Shown here piece after piece: positions 50,462 through 63,456 of a DNA stretch of 64,000 nucleotides. The notes beneath the pieces were generated by a model that did no database searches, was not told the DNA's origin, and worked only from the letters and a program-made list of their open reading frames with translations. This DNA comes from Mustelus asterias (Eukaryota), in the NCBI RefSeq assembly GCF_964213995.1, contig NW_027590117.1, positions 3,968,001 to 4,032,000 of the forward strand. Direction: 5' to 3'. The number at the start of each line of letters is the position of its first letter. Within the stretch, counting starts at the first letter, position 1. The position numbers and the translations under genes were made by a program.

Positions 50462-51633
50462 TCGCTGCTGCACAATGTGATTCTGCAATGGGGCAACACA
50501 TACTAAATAATCCTGATTGTGCTCAGAATTACACTGAAAATGTGACCAGAAGAGCAGAATTTTTTTTGAAAGATGTGACCTCCCCTTTAAGGCAGAGGTG
50601 AGGAGGAACCTTTTTGATCAGTTGTTTTTTTTTTACTTTATCCATTCATGGGATGAGGGCATCACTGGCTCGGCCAGGATTTATTGCCACTCATAATTGC
50701 CCTGGGGTAGGCGGTGCTGAGCTGCAATCTTCAACTGCTGCTGACAATGCCATATAGGTACACCCATAGTGCGTTTTTTTGGGGGGGGGATGTTGGGGAG
50801 TGGGAAGTTCCTGGACTCTGACCTACTGACACTGAAGGAACGGCGATATATTTCCAAGCCCTGATGATGAGTGGCTTGGAGGGAGATTTCCAGGTGATGT
50901 TGTTCTGATGCATCTGCTTTTCCTTTTCCTTCTCGGCTATAGTCATGGTGGGTTTGGAAGGTTCTGTCAAATAAACCTTTGTGAATTCTGGCAATGCATC
51001 TTGTAGATGGTGTGCACTGCTGACCCTGTCTGTCAATGGTAACATAAGCCTTATTGTGACTAATAAATACACTTTAACTTTAACTTTTGGTGCAGGGAGT
51101 GACTCTTTGTGGATGGGAAACGAATTAAGTCAGATGCTTTGTACTGGATAGTGTCAAACTTCTAGTGTTGTTGGAGCTGCATTCACCCAGGCAAGTTACA
51201 TCTGGAAACCGGGTACTCCGGCTTCCTTCCACAGTCCAAAGATGTGCAGGTTGGGTGGATTGGTCATTCTAGATTGCCCTTTGTGTGGCAAAAAGTGAAG
51301 GTCAGGTAGATTAGCGGGGTGGGTGCGTGGGATTCTGGCAATAGGACATGGATGGGATGCTCTGTCGGAGAGTCAGTGCAGTTTCAATGGGCCAAATAGT
51401 CTCCTTCAGCACTGTAGGGATTCTGTGATTTAAAGGTCATTTGACTGTCAGAACTGCCCTGAGGAAAGTGGGAAAGCTGTTTGTAGCATTTACAGCAGTG
51501 AGCTTGTTGCAGATCAAATTGTTTATTGCAAGTGAGAATTGATGAAAATAACTGTTTCCTGCAAAGAAATAGAAGAGACACTTGTGGGGAACTGCAAAAT
51601 GTTTTTCTTTCAAACTGCTCCTGAAAAGGTGAA

Positions 51634-51705
51634 TAGCAGAAAATGGTTTTGATCCATCGACCTCTGGGTTATGGGCGCAGCACGCTTCCGGTGCGCCACT
51701 CTGCT
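51634..51705 (-). pseudogene. tRNA-iMet pseudogene
   Basis: Mirror of 20094-20165 with five changes from canonical, including a broken anticodon-stem G-C pair. Confidence 0.85.
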
Positions 51706-53399
51706 ATTACCTAACAGCTTCCTGCTTATTATTGTTGAGCTGTAGTAGGACAAAATGTCACTGTTGCATTGCTGTTTAATGTCAGAAAATGAGGCAGCTC
51801 CGCCTGGCGGCACAATTCCATGCTTAATACACCAAGAATGGAACACACATAAAAGCAGCAAGAGACTGACAGGAGGCACAGGCAAAGGAGAATGGACCGA
51901 CTGATCATTTGTGTAGTGTTCATGAAAAGATCAGCCATGATCTTATTGAATGGCGGTGCAGGCTCGAGCTGACAAATGGCCTATTGATGCTCCACGCTTT
52001 TATAATCTCATATTCTTCTTTGGATCCAATACTACTTAATTTATTTTGTTAGCCATGATTGGGGCACTTTCCAGTTATGTTTACGTGCCGGAAAGGAATG
52101 TATAACTCTTTCATTACATACAACTATGCCTTAAATATTAAACATTAAATATTAGCCATTGCCTATCGACCGTTATGCCATTTTATGAATCTATTGATCT
52201 GTAATCTATTTTAGCAAACTCACCTCTCATAACTTCCTAGTTTACTTTATTTAGGTTTGGGATTCTCGTTCAGGATTGGATCTGAGTCATGCTTCTGGAC
52301 TGATGGGAGATGTTCCACAAAGCAGTCATTCAATCTACCAATGCAGAGCACATCATTAGCAGTGAAATTTTAGAAAAAATATAATGTTGCAAAAGCTAAT
52401 TCTCCTGCATATAGACACTGAACTGTGAGGAAAGGTAATGCGGCCTTCCATTCGGGAACTTCTGATATTTCTTCCCTTTCCTCAACCAATCCTCTCACTG
52501 CTCTGTGGCTGGCAGGGTTCTCAAGTGTGTCGCTCCCATGTCCCACACTTGGAACATTTCCAATTAGTTCACAATGATGATTGAATTTCTGATAACAGTT
52601 TCTAGTCACCTGCCATTTTCATTCTGCATCTCACTCTCACGTGGATCATTCTGTCCTGGGTCTTTCCTGGTGTTCAGAGCACCTCTCCTCCATTCAGATT
52701 TTTCTTACTTTATGTATCTGGTGATTATCCCTTTCATTGTGTAACTAATTCTTATTATTTAATGCATGTGTGCATGTCACCGATATTCCATTTCGTTCTT
52801 TTTCACATGAGCCCCTCTCCTCTCCATTTGCCTGTAATGTATTACATTTCTAACTTCAACCAGTTCTGATGGGCAGATGTTGATCTGAAATATTTGCTAT
52901 TAACTGTTTGTCTCTGCAGCAGCTCACTTGTTATGTAATTACAGAACTTCGAAACTAAATTCATACTGCCTGCATTCATACCGTTTGAAGTCAGTACTAA
53001 GGTTGAGAGGAGTTTTCAGAGAGGTGAGTAAAATCGTGATCAGTTTCAATGGAGTAAATGGAAATAAAATGTTTCTGTGAAACAATGGCACGGGTTCGTT
53101 GTGAATGATATAAAAGAACAAAGAAAACCGTCAGGGAACACATTTGTCATTACATTGGGCAGCAAGTTGCTGTGATCTTGAATATGATGCCTGTAATCGA
53201 AGCCAATTAGAATGAAAAGTAAATTCAAAATGTCATTGGACAAATAAGGATAGAAATACATTTTGAGGCTGTACTTTAGATAAGAGGAAGTATTACACTA
53301 AAGGGAGAGGAAATCTCTTTCGGAATGCTGATGGGTTTAAATTTAATTCCTTGTGCTGTTTTATTCAATGTAATGGTGGCCTGTGTAACTAACCCAGGA

Positions 53400-53578
53400 A
53401 GAGTTTAATTAAAACCAGGTTAGAGTCCAACAGGTTTATTTGGCAGCAAATGCCATTAGATTTCAGCGCTCCGAAAGCTAATGGCATTTGCTACCAAATA
53501 AACCTGTTGGACTTTAACCTGGTGTTGTTAAAACTCTTACTGTATTTACCCCAGTCCAACGCCGGCATTTCAACACCA
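53400..53578. mobile_element. Short Penelope-like inverted pair
   Basis: TSD TAACTAACCCAGGA at 53386-53399 and 53579-53592; empty site in the left arm (~17570). Confidence 0.85.
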
Positions 53579-53589
53579 TAACTAACCCA

Positions 53590-53870
53590 GGATACAGCGC
53601 GCGGGTGAATATGGTCGATCTCATTCAGAATGGTCCGCACGGCGCAGCTGCCATTCGGCCGCGTCCTCGGAAACCGTATGTCTGCGCGGAGCATGCGCGG
53701 TGCTGTTCCCGGAAGTTCAGCGGGGTCGCGCGCAGCGGCAGTAATACCGAGTCAGAGGTCGGAGCCGAGGCGCCCGGGTCCGGCGGACGTGCGGCGAGGG
53801 AGCGGCACCATGAAGCGGATGGTGCAGCGAGGCCATCCTCACCGCCCCATATGGAACAGTGTGAGTGAGA
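53590..53870 (+). promoter_or_regulatory. CpG-island-like segment (copy 2)
   Basis: GCATGCGC, CCGGAAGT, GCACCATG at ~53810, then GTGAGT running into a CR1 RT fragment. Confidence 0.5.
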
Positions 53871-56537
53871 GGAAACAGAGAGCAGTGGTTAATGGTTGTT
53901 TCTCAGACTGGAGGAAGGTTTCCAGTGGAGTTCCCCAGGGCTCGGTGTTAGGAGCCCTGCTCTTCCTGATATATATTAATGACACACACAAAGAACAAAC
54001 AAACACCTTGGTGTACAGGACACAAGCTCAACATTTCCACACGCCACCAAACTTGGAGGCATTGGCAACTGTGAGGAGGAAAGTGGGAAACTTCAAAAGG
54101 ACACAGGCAGCTTGGTGGAATGGGAGACAAGTGGCAGTGAGGAAAGTTCCTGCACCGATTGTCCTGCAGCTGCCCCTGGGGAGCGTGCCCATTCTCAGTG
54201 CCTGGGCAAGTCAGTGTGTTGGATAGAGCGCTTTCTGGGGCGCAGATAATTGTTTTCATTCATGTGATGTGTTCATAACTGGCTTGGCCAGCATTTATTG
54301 CACTAATTTCCCTTGAACTGAGTGGCTTGTTAGGCCATTTCAGAGGGCATTAAAGAGTCAAAAACATACTGTGGGTCTGGAGTCACAGGTCGGCCAGAAC
54401 AGGTAATGTGGGTGGGTTTCCTTTCCTAAAGGGGTATCAGTGAACCAAATGGGTTTTTACAACATGGCCATCATTAGACCTTTAATTCCAGATTTTAATT
54501 GAGCTCAAATTGCACACTGTGCTGAGGTGATAATCAGGTCCCATTGAATTGCACTGGACCTCTGGGTCACAAGTCCAGTGACAATACCACTACACCATTA
54601 CCTCCTCATGTGGGAACTGCGGCCGCCATGAGCAGATATCAGCAAGTAGTTTATTGTAGGCTGATTGTCAGTGAGCTGAAACATGAACTCTGTTTCTCTC
54701 TTCACAGATGCTGCCTGACCTGTTGTGTATTCCAGAATTTTCACCTTGTTTCAGATGTCCAGCGTCCACATGATTTCACCTGTGAATTATTGCAGCTGTT
54801 GCTCAGAAAACTGAGGCCTGAAATAGACAAATTAAGAGCGATTTTGAATCAAGCTGGATGTTGGTTTTGGAATTTGACCCCTCAGTTTCTGTGAAGGTAT
54901 GTTTTTCTTTGGGTGACTTTGGTCTGTAGAAGCAGGAGAAAGTGATGGGTTTAATTCTGAGTAAATTTGAGAGCAGTAGGGTCAAAACACTTCTGATCAA
55001 AGATCATTAACTGTGTCTTGTACAGTTAAAGAATCATTGCACACTCACATACAATAAGTGTTGGACAGAGAATCAATTCCACATTGATATGCAGTATCAG
55101 ACTGAGTTAATTCCACACTGAAAACTGTAACAGAGACTGAGAAAAAGAGTTAGTCCCACACACACACTACCAGAACATAAGAAAAAGGAGCAGGAGAAGG
55201 CCATTCAGCCCATCAGGCCTGTTCTGCCATTCAGTAAGATCATGGCTGATCTGATTGTGGCCTCCACCCCACTTCAGTACCTGTCCCCATAACCCTTGAT
55301 TCTCTTGTAGCTCAAAAATCTGTCTAACTCAAGATTGAATCTATTCAATGACAAAAATTAAGGTTCCCTTAAAATAAGTAATTCCTCCTAATCTCCATCT
55401 TAAATTGGAGATGCTTTATCTTTAAACTGTGCCTCTAGTTCCAGTTTCCCCCTACACATTGCAACATCCCACTCAGCATCTACACTGTCAAGCCCTTGAG
55501 AATCTTATATGTTTTAGTACGATCCTCACTCATTCTTCTCCACTGAAAATTGGCCAGACTTGTTTAATTTTTCCTCATAAGAGAACTCCTTCATCTCAGG
55601 AATCAGCCTCCACTCGCTGCAGTTTGCTAAGCTGACAGTGACCCACTTCCATACACTATCAGACACTGACACAGACATTATTATCAATTGATTGAGTCAA
55701 TTCCACATCTACACACAGTAATAGAGATTGACAGAGTGTTAATGCCACACTGCAGTAAAGGATAAAGAATAGAGAAGAGTTAATTCCAGCTTCATGTGCA
55801 AATCAGAGATGAACAGTGTTAATGCCCCATTCACATACAGTAATGCAGAATAACAGATACAGAATTAATTCTATATTCACATACGCTAACAAAGATGGAC
55901 AGAAAGGTAATGGCTAAATTCAGCACAGTCCCAGATGATCATAGGCTACTCTCTCCTTTCATGAATATCCTCAGCTGGTACAGGAATATGAACTCACGCT
56001 GTTGGGGTTACTCTGCATCACGGTCCCGCTGTCCAGCCAACTGAGCAAATCAACCCCCAGGGTAGGACAGAGAACAAAGAAAATTATAGCACAGGAACAG
56101 GCCCTTCGGCCCTCCAAACCTGCACCAACCATGCTGCCTGATTTAACTAAAACCCCCAACGCTTCTGGGGACCATATCCCTCTATTCCCATCTCATTCAT
56201 GTACTTGTCAAGATGCCCCAAGAGAGGTAATTGCAAACTGAAACACAGGAACTGAGACTGGCGAATCAATTTAATTCCACACTCACTTGCACGAATACAG
56301 GCTGACACATCAGAGAATTAATCCATCCTCAAATAAACTGACAGGAAGAAATTCACTGTCGTTCCACCCTGAGATACAGTAACAGAGACTGACAGAGTGA
56401 ATCGTGCTCTCATGTACAGATTGACAGATAGCGGGAATGAGTTAACTCCACATTCTCATACAGTAACAGAGATGGACAGATAGAGTGTGAATTCCACACT
56501 CTAATGGTTCTCACTTGAAGAATTCTTCTGATATGCA

Positions 56538-57748
56538 TAGAGTCATAGAGGTTTACAACATGGAAACAGGCCCTTCGGCCAAACTTGTCCATGCCGCCCT
56601 TTTTTTAAAAAACAAAGTCAAGGTAATCCCAATTGCCCGCATTTGGCCCATATCCCTCTATACCCATTGTACCCATGTAACTATCCAAATGCTTTTTAAA
56701 AGACAAAATTGTACCCGCCTCTACTACTACCTCTGGCAGCTTGTTCCAGACACTCACCATCCTCTGTGAAAAAATTGCCCCTCTGGACACTTTTGTATCT
56801 CTCCCCTCTAGTTTTGGACTCCCCTACCTTTGGGAAAAGATATAGACTATCCAGCTGATCTGGGCACCTCATTATTTTATAGACCTCTATAAGATCACCA
56901 CCTACGCTCCAGAAGAAAAAGTCCCAGTTTATCCAGCATCTCCTTATAACTCAATCCATCAAGTCCCGGTAGCATCCTAGTAAATATTTTCTACACTCTT
57001 TCTAGTTTAATAATGTCCTTTCTAAAATAGGGTGACCAGAATTGCACACAGTATTCCAAGTGTGGCTTTACCAATGTTTTGTACAACTTCAACAAGACAT
57101 TCCAAGTCCTGTATTCAGTGTTCTGACCAATGAAACCAAGCATGCCGAATGCCTTCTTCACCACTCTGTCCACCTGTGACTCCACTTTCAAGGAGCTATG
57201 AACATGTACCCCTAGATCTCTTTGTTCTGTAACTTTCCCCAATGCCCTACTATTAACTGAGTCAGTCCTGCCCTGGTTCAATCTACCAAAATGCATCACC
57301 TCGCATTTAAACTCCATCTGCCATTCGTCAGCCCACTGGCCCAATTGATCAAGATCCCCTTGCAATTGGAGATCACTTTCTTCACTGTCCACTCTGCCAC
57401 CAATCGTAGTGTCATCTGCAAACTTACTAACCATTCCTCATATATTCTCATCAAATTATGAATATAAATGACAAATAACAGTGGACCGAGCACAGATCCC
57501 TGAGGCACATCCCTGGTCACAGGCCTCCAGTTTGAAAAATAACTCTCTACAACCACCATCTGGCTTCTGTCAAGAAGTCAATTTTGTATCCAATTAGATA
57601 CCTCACCCTGGATCCCGTGAGATTTAACCTTATGCAACAACCTACCATGCGGTACCTTGTCAAAGGCCTTGCTAAAGTCCATGTAGACAACATCAACTGC
57701 ACTGCCCTCATCTACCTTCTTGGTTACCCCTTCAAAAAACTCAATCAA
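56538..57748 (-). mobile_element. CR1 1.2-kb 3' fragment
   Basis: [14 protein letters not shown] and KPHLEYC in ORFs 57296-57559 and 56991-57434; right arm only. Confidence 0.9.
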
Positions 57749-58647
57749 ATGGCCTCTTCATTGTTTCATTATACTTTCTATCTTCTTCATCCTCCAAGGA
57801 GCCCTGGCTTTGGTTCCCCTCCCTTTCACCCTGATTAGAATGTACCGAGTCTGTACCTGAAACATCTCCTGAAAGATCACCCATTGTTCTGTGACAGCTT
57901 TTCCTGTCAGATTTTGGCTCCAGTTTACTCTGGCTCAATTCCAGCTCCTCCCATTGAGGTTAGTCCTCTTCCCGTTCAGAAGTGCTACTTTAGATTGTTC
58001 CTCGCTAATATCAAGCTTGTGACACAATGATCACTGTTACTCAAGTGACCACCTCCAGACACTTGGATCATGTGGTCAACCTTCCTGTCAGTCTGTGTGA
58101 GAATGGAATTAATTCTGTATCTACAATGCATGATCTGCCTGTAGATTTGCTGCTCTATTTCCTTCTCACCACACCTACCTTTTACCCTTCTCTCTTTTCT
58201 GTTCACATTGTATTGAATAGTAATCGCCCGGTTCTCTCCATTTCCAGACCGCATTTTCAACATTGACACTCTCTTGTGTTCCTATGTGGCTATTTGTGCT
58301 TCTAACTCACCAACCTTATTCACCACACTGTCCACTATGTTACCAAGATTGCTGGCATAGTGGACAGTGAAGAAGGTTATCTAGGATTGCAACAGTATTG
58401 TGATCAATTGGGCCAGTGGGCTGACGAATGGCAGATGTAGTTTAATTTCGACAAATGCAAGGTGATGCATTTTGGTAGATCGAACCAGGGCAGGACTTAG
58501 TCAGTTAATAGCAGGGAGTTGGGGAGCGTTATAGAACAAAGAGATCTCGGGGTACAGGTTCATAGCTCCTTGAAAGTGAAGACACAGGTGGACAGAATGG
58601 TGAAGAAGACATTCAGCATGCTTCGTTTCACTGGTCAGAATATTGAA

Positions 58648-59771
58648 GATGTGGAGATGCCGGCGTTGGACTGGGGTAAACACAGTAAGAAGTTTAACAA
58701 CACCAGGTTAAAGTCCAACAGGTTTATTTGGTAGCAAAAGCCACACAAGCTTTCGGAGCTCTTAGCCCCTTCTTCAGGTGAGTGGGAATTCTGTTCACTA
58801 ACAGAGCTTATAAAGACACAGACTCAATTTACATGAATAATGGTTGGAATGCGAATACTTACAACTAATCAAGTCTTTAAGAAACGAAACAATGTGAGTG
58901 GAGAGAGCATCAAGACAGGCTAAAAAGATGTGTATTGTCTCCAGACAAGACAGCCAGTGAAACTCTGCAGGTCCACGCAACTGTCGGAGTTACAAATAGT
59001 GTGACATGAACCCAATATCCCGGTTGAGGCCGTCCTCGTGTGTGCGGAACTTGGCTATCAGTTTCTGCTCAGCGACTCTGCGCTGTCGTGTGTCGCGAAG
59101 GCCGCCTTGGAGGACGCTTACCCGAATATCAGAGGCCGAATGCCCGTGACCGCTGAAGTGCTCCCCAACAGGAAGAGAACAGTCTTGCCTGGTGATTGTC
59201 GAGCGGTGTTCATTCATCCGTTGACGCTGCGACAACGGATGAATGAACACCGCTCGACAATCACCAGGCAAGACTGTTCTCTTCCTGTTGGGGAGCACTT
59301 CAGCGGTCACGGGCATTCGGCCTCTGATATTCGGGTAAGCGTTCTCCAAGGCGGCCTTCGCGACACACGACAGCGCAGAGTCGCTGAGCAGAAACTGATA
59401 GCCAAGTTCCGCACACACGAGGACGGCCTCAACCGGGATACTGGGTTCATGTCACACTATTTGTAACTCCCACAATTGCGTGGACCTGCAGAGTTTCACT
59501 GGCTGTCTTGTCTGGAGACAATACACATCTTTTTAGCCTGTCTTGATGCTCTCTCCACTCACATTGTTTCGTTTCTTAAAGACTTGATTAGTTGTAAGTA
59601 TTCGCATTCCAACCATTATTCATGTAAATTGAGTCTGTGTCTTTATATGCTCTGTTTGTGAACAGAATTCCCACTCACCTGAAGAAGGGGCTAAGAGCTC
59701 CGAAAGCTTGTGTGGCTTTTGCTACCAAATAAACCTGTTGGACTTTAACCTGGTGTTGTTAAACTTCTTAC
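58648..59771. mobile_element. Penelope-like element forming a ~1.09-kb palindrome
   Basis: GIY-YIG C-terminal text RQRMNEHR..VGEHF..EQKLIAKFRTHEDGLN on both strands; TSD AGAATATTGAA at 58637-58647 and 59772-59782. Confidence 0.9.
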
Positions 59772-60357
59772 AGAATATTGAATACAGGAGTTGGGACGTC
59801 TTGTTGAAGTTGTACAAGACATTGGGTATTTGAAATTGTACAAGACATTGGGACGTCTTGTCGAAGTTGTACAAGAGGGCATGGGTTAAGGGTGAAAGGA
59901 GAAAAGTTTAAAGGGAATTTTAGGGGGGGCTTCTTCACGCAGAGAGTGGTGGGAGTGTGGAATGAGCTGCCGGATAAAGTGGTAAATGCGGGGTCACTTT
60001 TAACATTTAAGAAAAACTTGGATGGGTTCATGGATGAGAGGGGTGTGTAGGGATATGGTCCAAGTGCAGGTCAGTGGGACGAGGCAAAAAATGGTTCGGC
60101 ACAGACAAGAAGGGCCAAAAGGCCTGTTTCTGAGCTGTAATTTTCTATGGTTCTATTGATCAGGCCACACTTGGAATACTGTGTACAGTTCTGGTCACAT
60201 TATAGAAAGGATATTATTAAATAAGAAAGAGTGCAGAAAAGATTTATAGGATGCTACCGGGACTTGATGGTTTGAATTATAAGGAGAGGCTGGATAGACT
60301 GGGACGTTTTTCTCTGAAGCGTACAAGGCTGAGGGGTGATGTTATAGAGTGTTATAA

Positions 60358-63011
60358 GAACATAACATAAGAAATAGGAGCAGGAGTAGGCCATCTAGCC
60401 CCTCGAGCCTGCCCCGCCATTCAATAAGATCATGGCTGATCTGACGTGGATCAGGACCACCTACCCGCCTGATCCCCATAACCCTTAATTCCCTTACCGA
60501 TCAGGAATCCATCCATCCGCGCTTTAAACATATTCAGCGAGGTAGCCTCCACCACCTCAGTGGGCAGAGAATTCCAGAGATTCACCACCCTCTGGGAGAA
60601 GAAGTTCCTCCTCAACTCTGTCTTAAACCGACCCCCCTTTATTTTGAGGCTGTGTCCTCTAGTTTTAACTTCCTTACTAAGTGGAAAGAATCTCTCCGCC
60701 TCCACCCTATCCAGCCCCCGCATTATCTTATAAGTCTCCATAAGATCCCCCCTCATCCTTCTAAACTCCAACGAGTACAAACCCAATCTCCTCAGCCTCT
60801 CCTCATAATCCAAACCCCTCATCTCCGGTATCAACCTGGTGAACCTTCTCTGCACTCCCTCCAATGCCAATATATCCTTCCTCATATAAGGGGACCAATA
60901 CTGCACACAGTATTCCAGCTGCGGCCTCACCAATGCCTTGTACAGGTGCATCAAGACATCCCTGCTTTTATATTCTATCCCCCTCGCGATATAGGCCAAC
61001 ATCCCATTTGCCTTCTTGATCACCTGTTGTACCTGCAGACTGGGCTTTTGCGTCTCATGCACAAGGACCCCCAGGTCCCTTTGCACGGTAGCATGTTTTA
61101 ATTTGTTCCCATTGAGATAGTAATCCCATTTGTCATTATTTCCTCCAAAGTGTATAACCTCGCATTTATCAACGTTATACTCCATTTGCCATATCCTCGC
61201 CCACTCACTCAGCCTGTCCAAATCTCTCTGCAGATCTTCTCCGTCCTCCACACGATTCACTTTTCCACTTATCTTTGTGTCGTCTGCAAACTTCGTTACC
61301 CTACACTCCGTCCCCTCCTCCAGATCATCTATATAAATGGTAAATAGTTGCGGCCCGAGTACCGATCCCTGCGGCACGCCACTAGTTACCTTCCTCCAAC
61401 CGGAAAAACACCCATTTATTCCGACTCTTTGCTTCCTGTCGGATAGCCAGTCCCCAATCCACTTTAACACACTACCCCCAACTCCGTGTGCCCTAATCCT
61501 CTTCAGCAGCCTTTTGTGGGGCACCTTATCAAACGCCTTTTGGAAATCCAAAAACACCACATCCACCGGTTCTCCTCCATCAACCGCCCTCGTCACATCT
61601 TCATAAAAATCCAACATGTTCGTCAAGCACGACTTTCCCCTCATGAATCCATGCTGCGTCTGATTGATCGAATCATTTCTATCCAGATGCCCTGCTATCT
61701 CCTCTTTAATAATGGATTCCAGCATTTTCCCTGCTACAGACGTTAAGCTGACCGGCCTATAGTTACCCGCCTTTTGTCTCCTTCCTTTTTTAAACAGCGG
61801 CGTAACATTAGCCGTTTTCCAATCAACCGGCACTACCCCAGAATGCAACGAGTTTTGATAGATAATCACTAACGCATCCACTATTACCTCTGACATTTCT
61901 TTCAATACCCTGGGATGCATTCCATCCAGACCCGGGGACTTGTCCACCTTCAGTCCCATTAGTCTACCCAGCACTGCCTCTCTGGTAACATTAATTGTAT
62001 TAAGTATTTCTCCTGCTGCCAACCCTCTATCGTTAATGTTTGGCAAACTATTTGTGTCCTCCACCGTGAAGACCGACACAAAAAACTTATTTAAAGACTC
62101 AGCCATATCCTCATTTCCCACTATTAACTCCCCCCTCTCGTCCTCCAAGGGTCCAACATTCACTCTAGCCACTCTATTCCTTTTTATATATTTATAAAAA
62201 TTTTTACTATCATTTTTTATATTAATTGCTAGCCTAGCTTCATAGTCTATCCTTCCTTTCTTTATCGCTTTCTTAGTCTCTCTTTGTTGTTTCTTAAATT
62301 TTTCCCAATCACTTGTTTCTCCACTTTTTTTGGCCACTCTGTACGCAGCTGTTTTTATTTTAATACTCTCCTTTATTTCCTTCGTTATCCACGGCTGGTT
62401 CTCCCTTTTCTTTTTTGCTGGAATATATTTTTGCTGAGAACTGAAAAGGATCTCCTTAAAAATCCTCCACTGTTCCTCAGCTATCCTACCTGCCAGCCTG
62501 CTCTCCCAGTCTACCTTAGCCAATTCATCCCTCATCCTATCATATTTCCCTCTGTTCAAACAGAGGACACTGGTTTGGGACCAAACTTTCTCCTCTTCCA
62601 TCTGAATCAGAAATTCGACCTGGACCATATTGTGGTCACTAGACCCAAGAGGGTCCTTCACAATAAGATCCTTAATTCTACCTACCTCGTTACACAATAC
62701 CAGATCCAACATAGCTCGTTCCGTCGTCGGTTCCGTAACATGCTGTTCAAGGAAACTATCCCGACAGCATTCTAAGAACTCTTCCTCCATTCCACCCTTA
62801 CCGACTTGAGTCTGCCAGTCAATGTGCATGTTGAAGTCCCCCATGATTATTGCCGTTCCGTTTTTACACGCATCCCTTATCTGCTTGTTTATAGCCCTCC
62901 CTACCTCAACGTTATTATTTGGGGGCCTATATACCACACCTACTAGTGTCTTTCTCCCTCTACTATTCCTCATCTCTACCCATAATGATTCCACATTTTG
63001 TTCCTAATTAA
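60358..63011 (-). mobile_element. Young 5'-truncated CR1 LINE
   Basis: Uninterrupted ORF2 segment; CATAA(GAA) tail; TATAA at 60353-60357 and 63012-63016. Confidence 0.93.
60451..62994 (-). CDS. CR1 ORF2 (partial APE endonuclease plus RT), 847 aa open
   Basis: [34 protein letters not shown]; the endonuclease N-terminus is missing. Confidence 0.9.
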   Translation of the reverse strand: MESLWVEMRNSRGRKTLVGVVYRPPNNNVEVGRAINKQIRDACKNGTAIIMGDFNMHIDWQTQVGKGGMEEEFLECCRDSFLEQHVTEPTTERAMLDLVLCNEVGRIKDLIVKDPLGSSDHNMVQVEFLIQMEEEKVWSQTSVLCLNRGKYDRMRDELAKVDWESRLAGRIAEEQWRIFKEILFSSQQKYIPAKKKRENQPWITKEIKESIKIKTAAYRVAKKSGETSDWEKFKKQQRETKKAIKKGRIDYEARLAINIKNDSKNFYKYIKRNRVARVNVGPLEDERGELIVGNEDMAESLNKFFVSVFTVEDTNSLPNINDRGLAAGEILNTINVTREAVLGRLMGLKVDKSPGLDGMHPRVLKEMSEVIVDALVIIYQNSLHSGVVPVDWKTANVTPLFKKGRRQKAGNYRPVSLTSVAGKMLESIIKEEIAGHLDRNDSINQTQHGFMRGKSCLTNMLDFYEDVTRAVDGGEPVDVVFLDFQKAFDKVPHKRLLKRIRAHGVGGSVLKWIGDWLSDRKQRVGINGCFSGWRKVTSGVPQGSVLGPQLFTIYIDDLEEGTECRVTKFADDTKISGKVNRVEDGEDLQRDLDRLSEWARIWQMEYNVDKCEVIHFGGNNDKWDYYLNGNKLKHATVQRDLGVLVHETQKPSLQVQQVIKKANGMLAYIARGIEYKSRDVLMHLYKALVRPQLEYCVQYWSPYMRKDILALEGVQRRFTRLIPEMRGLDYEERLRRLGLYSLEFRRMRGDLMETYKIMRGLDRVEAERFFPLSKEVKTRGHSLKIKGGRFKTELRRNFFSQRVVNLWNSLPTEVVEATSLNMFKARMDGFLIGKGIKGYGDQAGRWS

Positions 63012-63456
63012 TATAAAATAATGAGGAGCATCGGGCAGCTAGATAGTCGATATCTTTTCCCAAAGGTAGGGGAGTCTAAAACGAGAGGGCATAGGTTTAA
63101 GGTGAGAGGGGAGAGATATAAAAGAGTCCAGAGGTGCAATTTTTTCACCCAGAAGGTGATAAGTGTCTGGAACAAGTTGCCACAGTTGTAGTAGAGGTGG
63201 GTACAATTTTGTCTGTTAAGTGTTTAGACAGTTACATGGGTAAGATAGGTATAGAGAGATATGGGCCAAATACAGGCAATTGGGACTAGATTAGGGGGTT
63301 AAAAAACGGGGTGGCATGGACCAATTGGGCCAAAGGGCCTGTTTCCATGCTGTAAACCTCTGACTCGATGACACTTTGTGTGATTACACACATGCTTTCC
63401 AAACCTATCCTTGTATTCCACTGAGATTCCTTCTTCATCTACTCCTATCTTATATG

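Larger units (their letters stand above)
58332..63370 (+). mobile_element. CR1 3' fragment acting as host for three nested elements
   Basis: Collinear pieces at ~58340-58647, 59772-59825, 60156-60357 and 63012-63370, matching 22699-23483. Confidence 0.85.
47310..63456. repeat. Right arm of inverted segmental duplication
   Basis: Mirror of 10084-25040, expanded by arm-specific insertions; may continue beyond the LINE at the window end. Confidence 0.93.

Noticed and set aside
58990-59466. Near-identical 142-aa ORFs on both strands
   Set aside because: Artefact of the palindrome; only the C-terminal half is real GIY-YIG-derived sequence.
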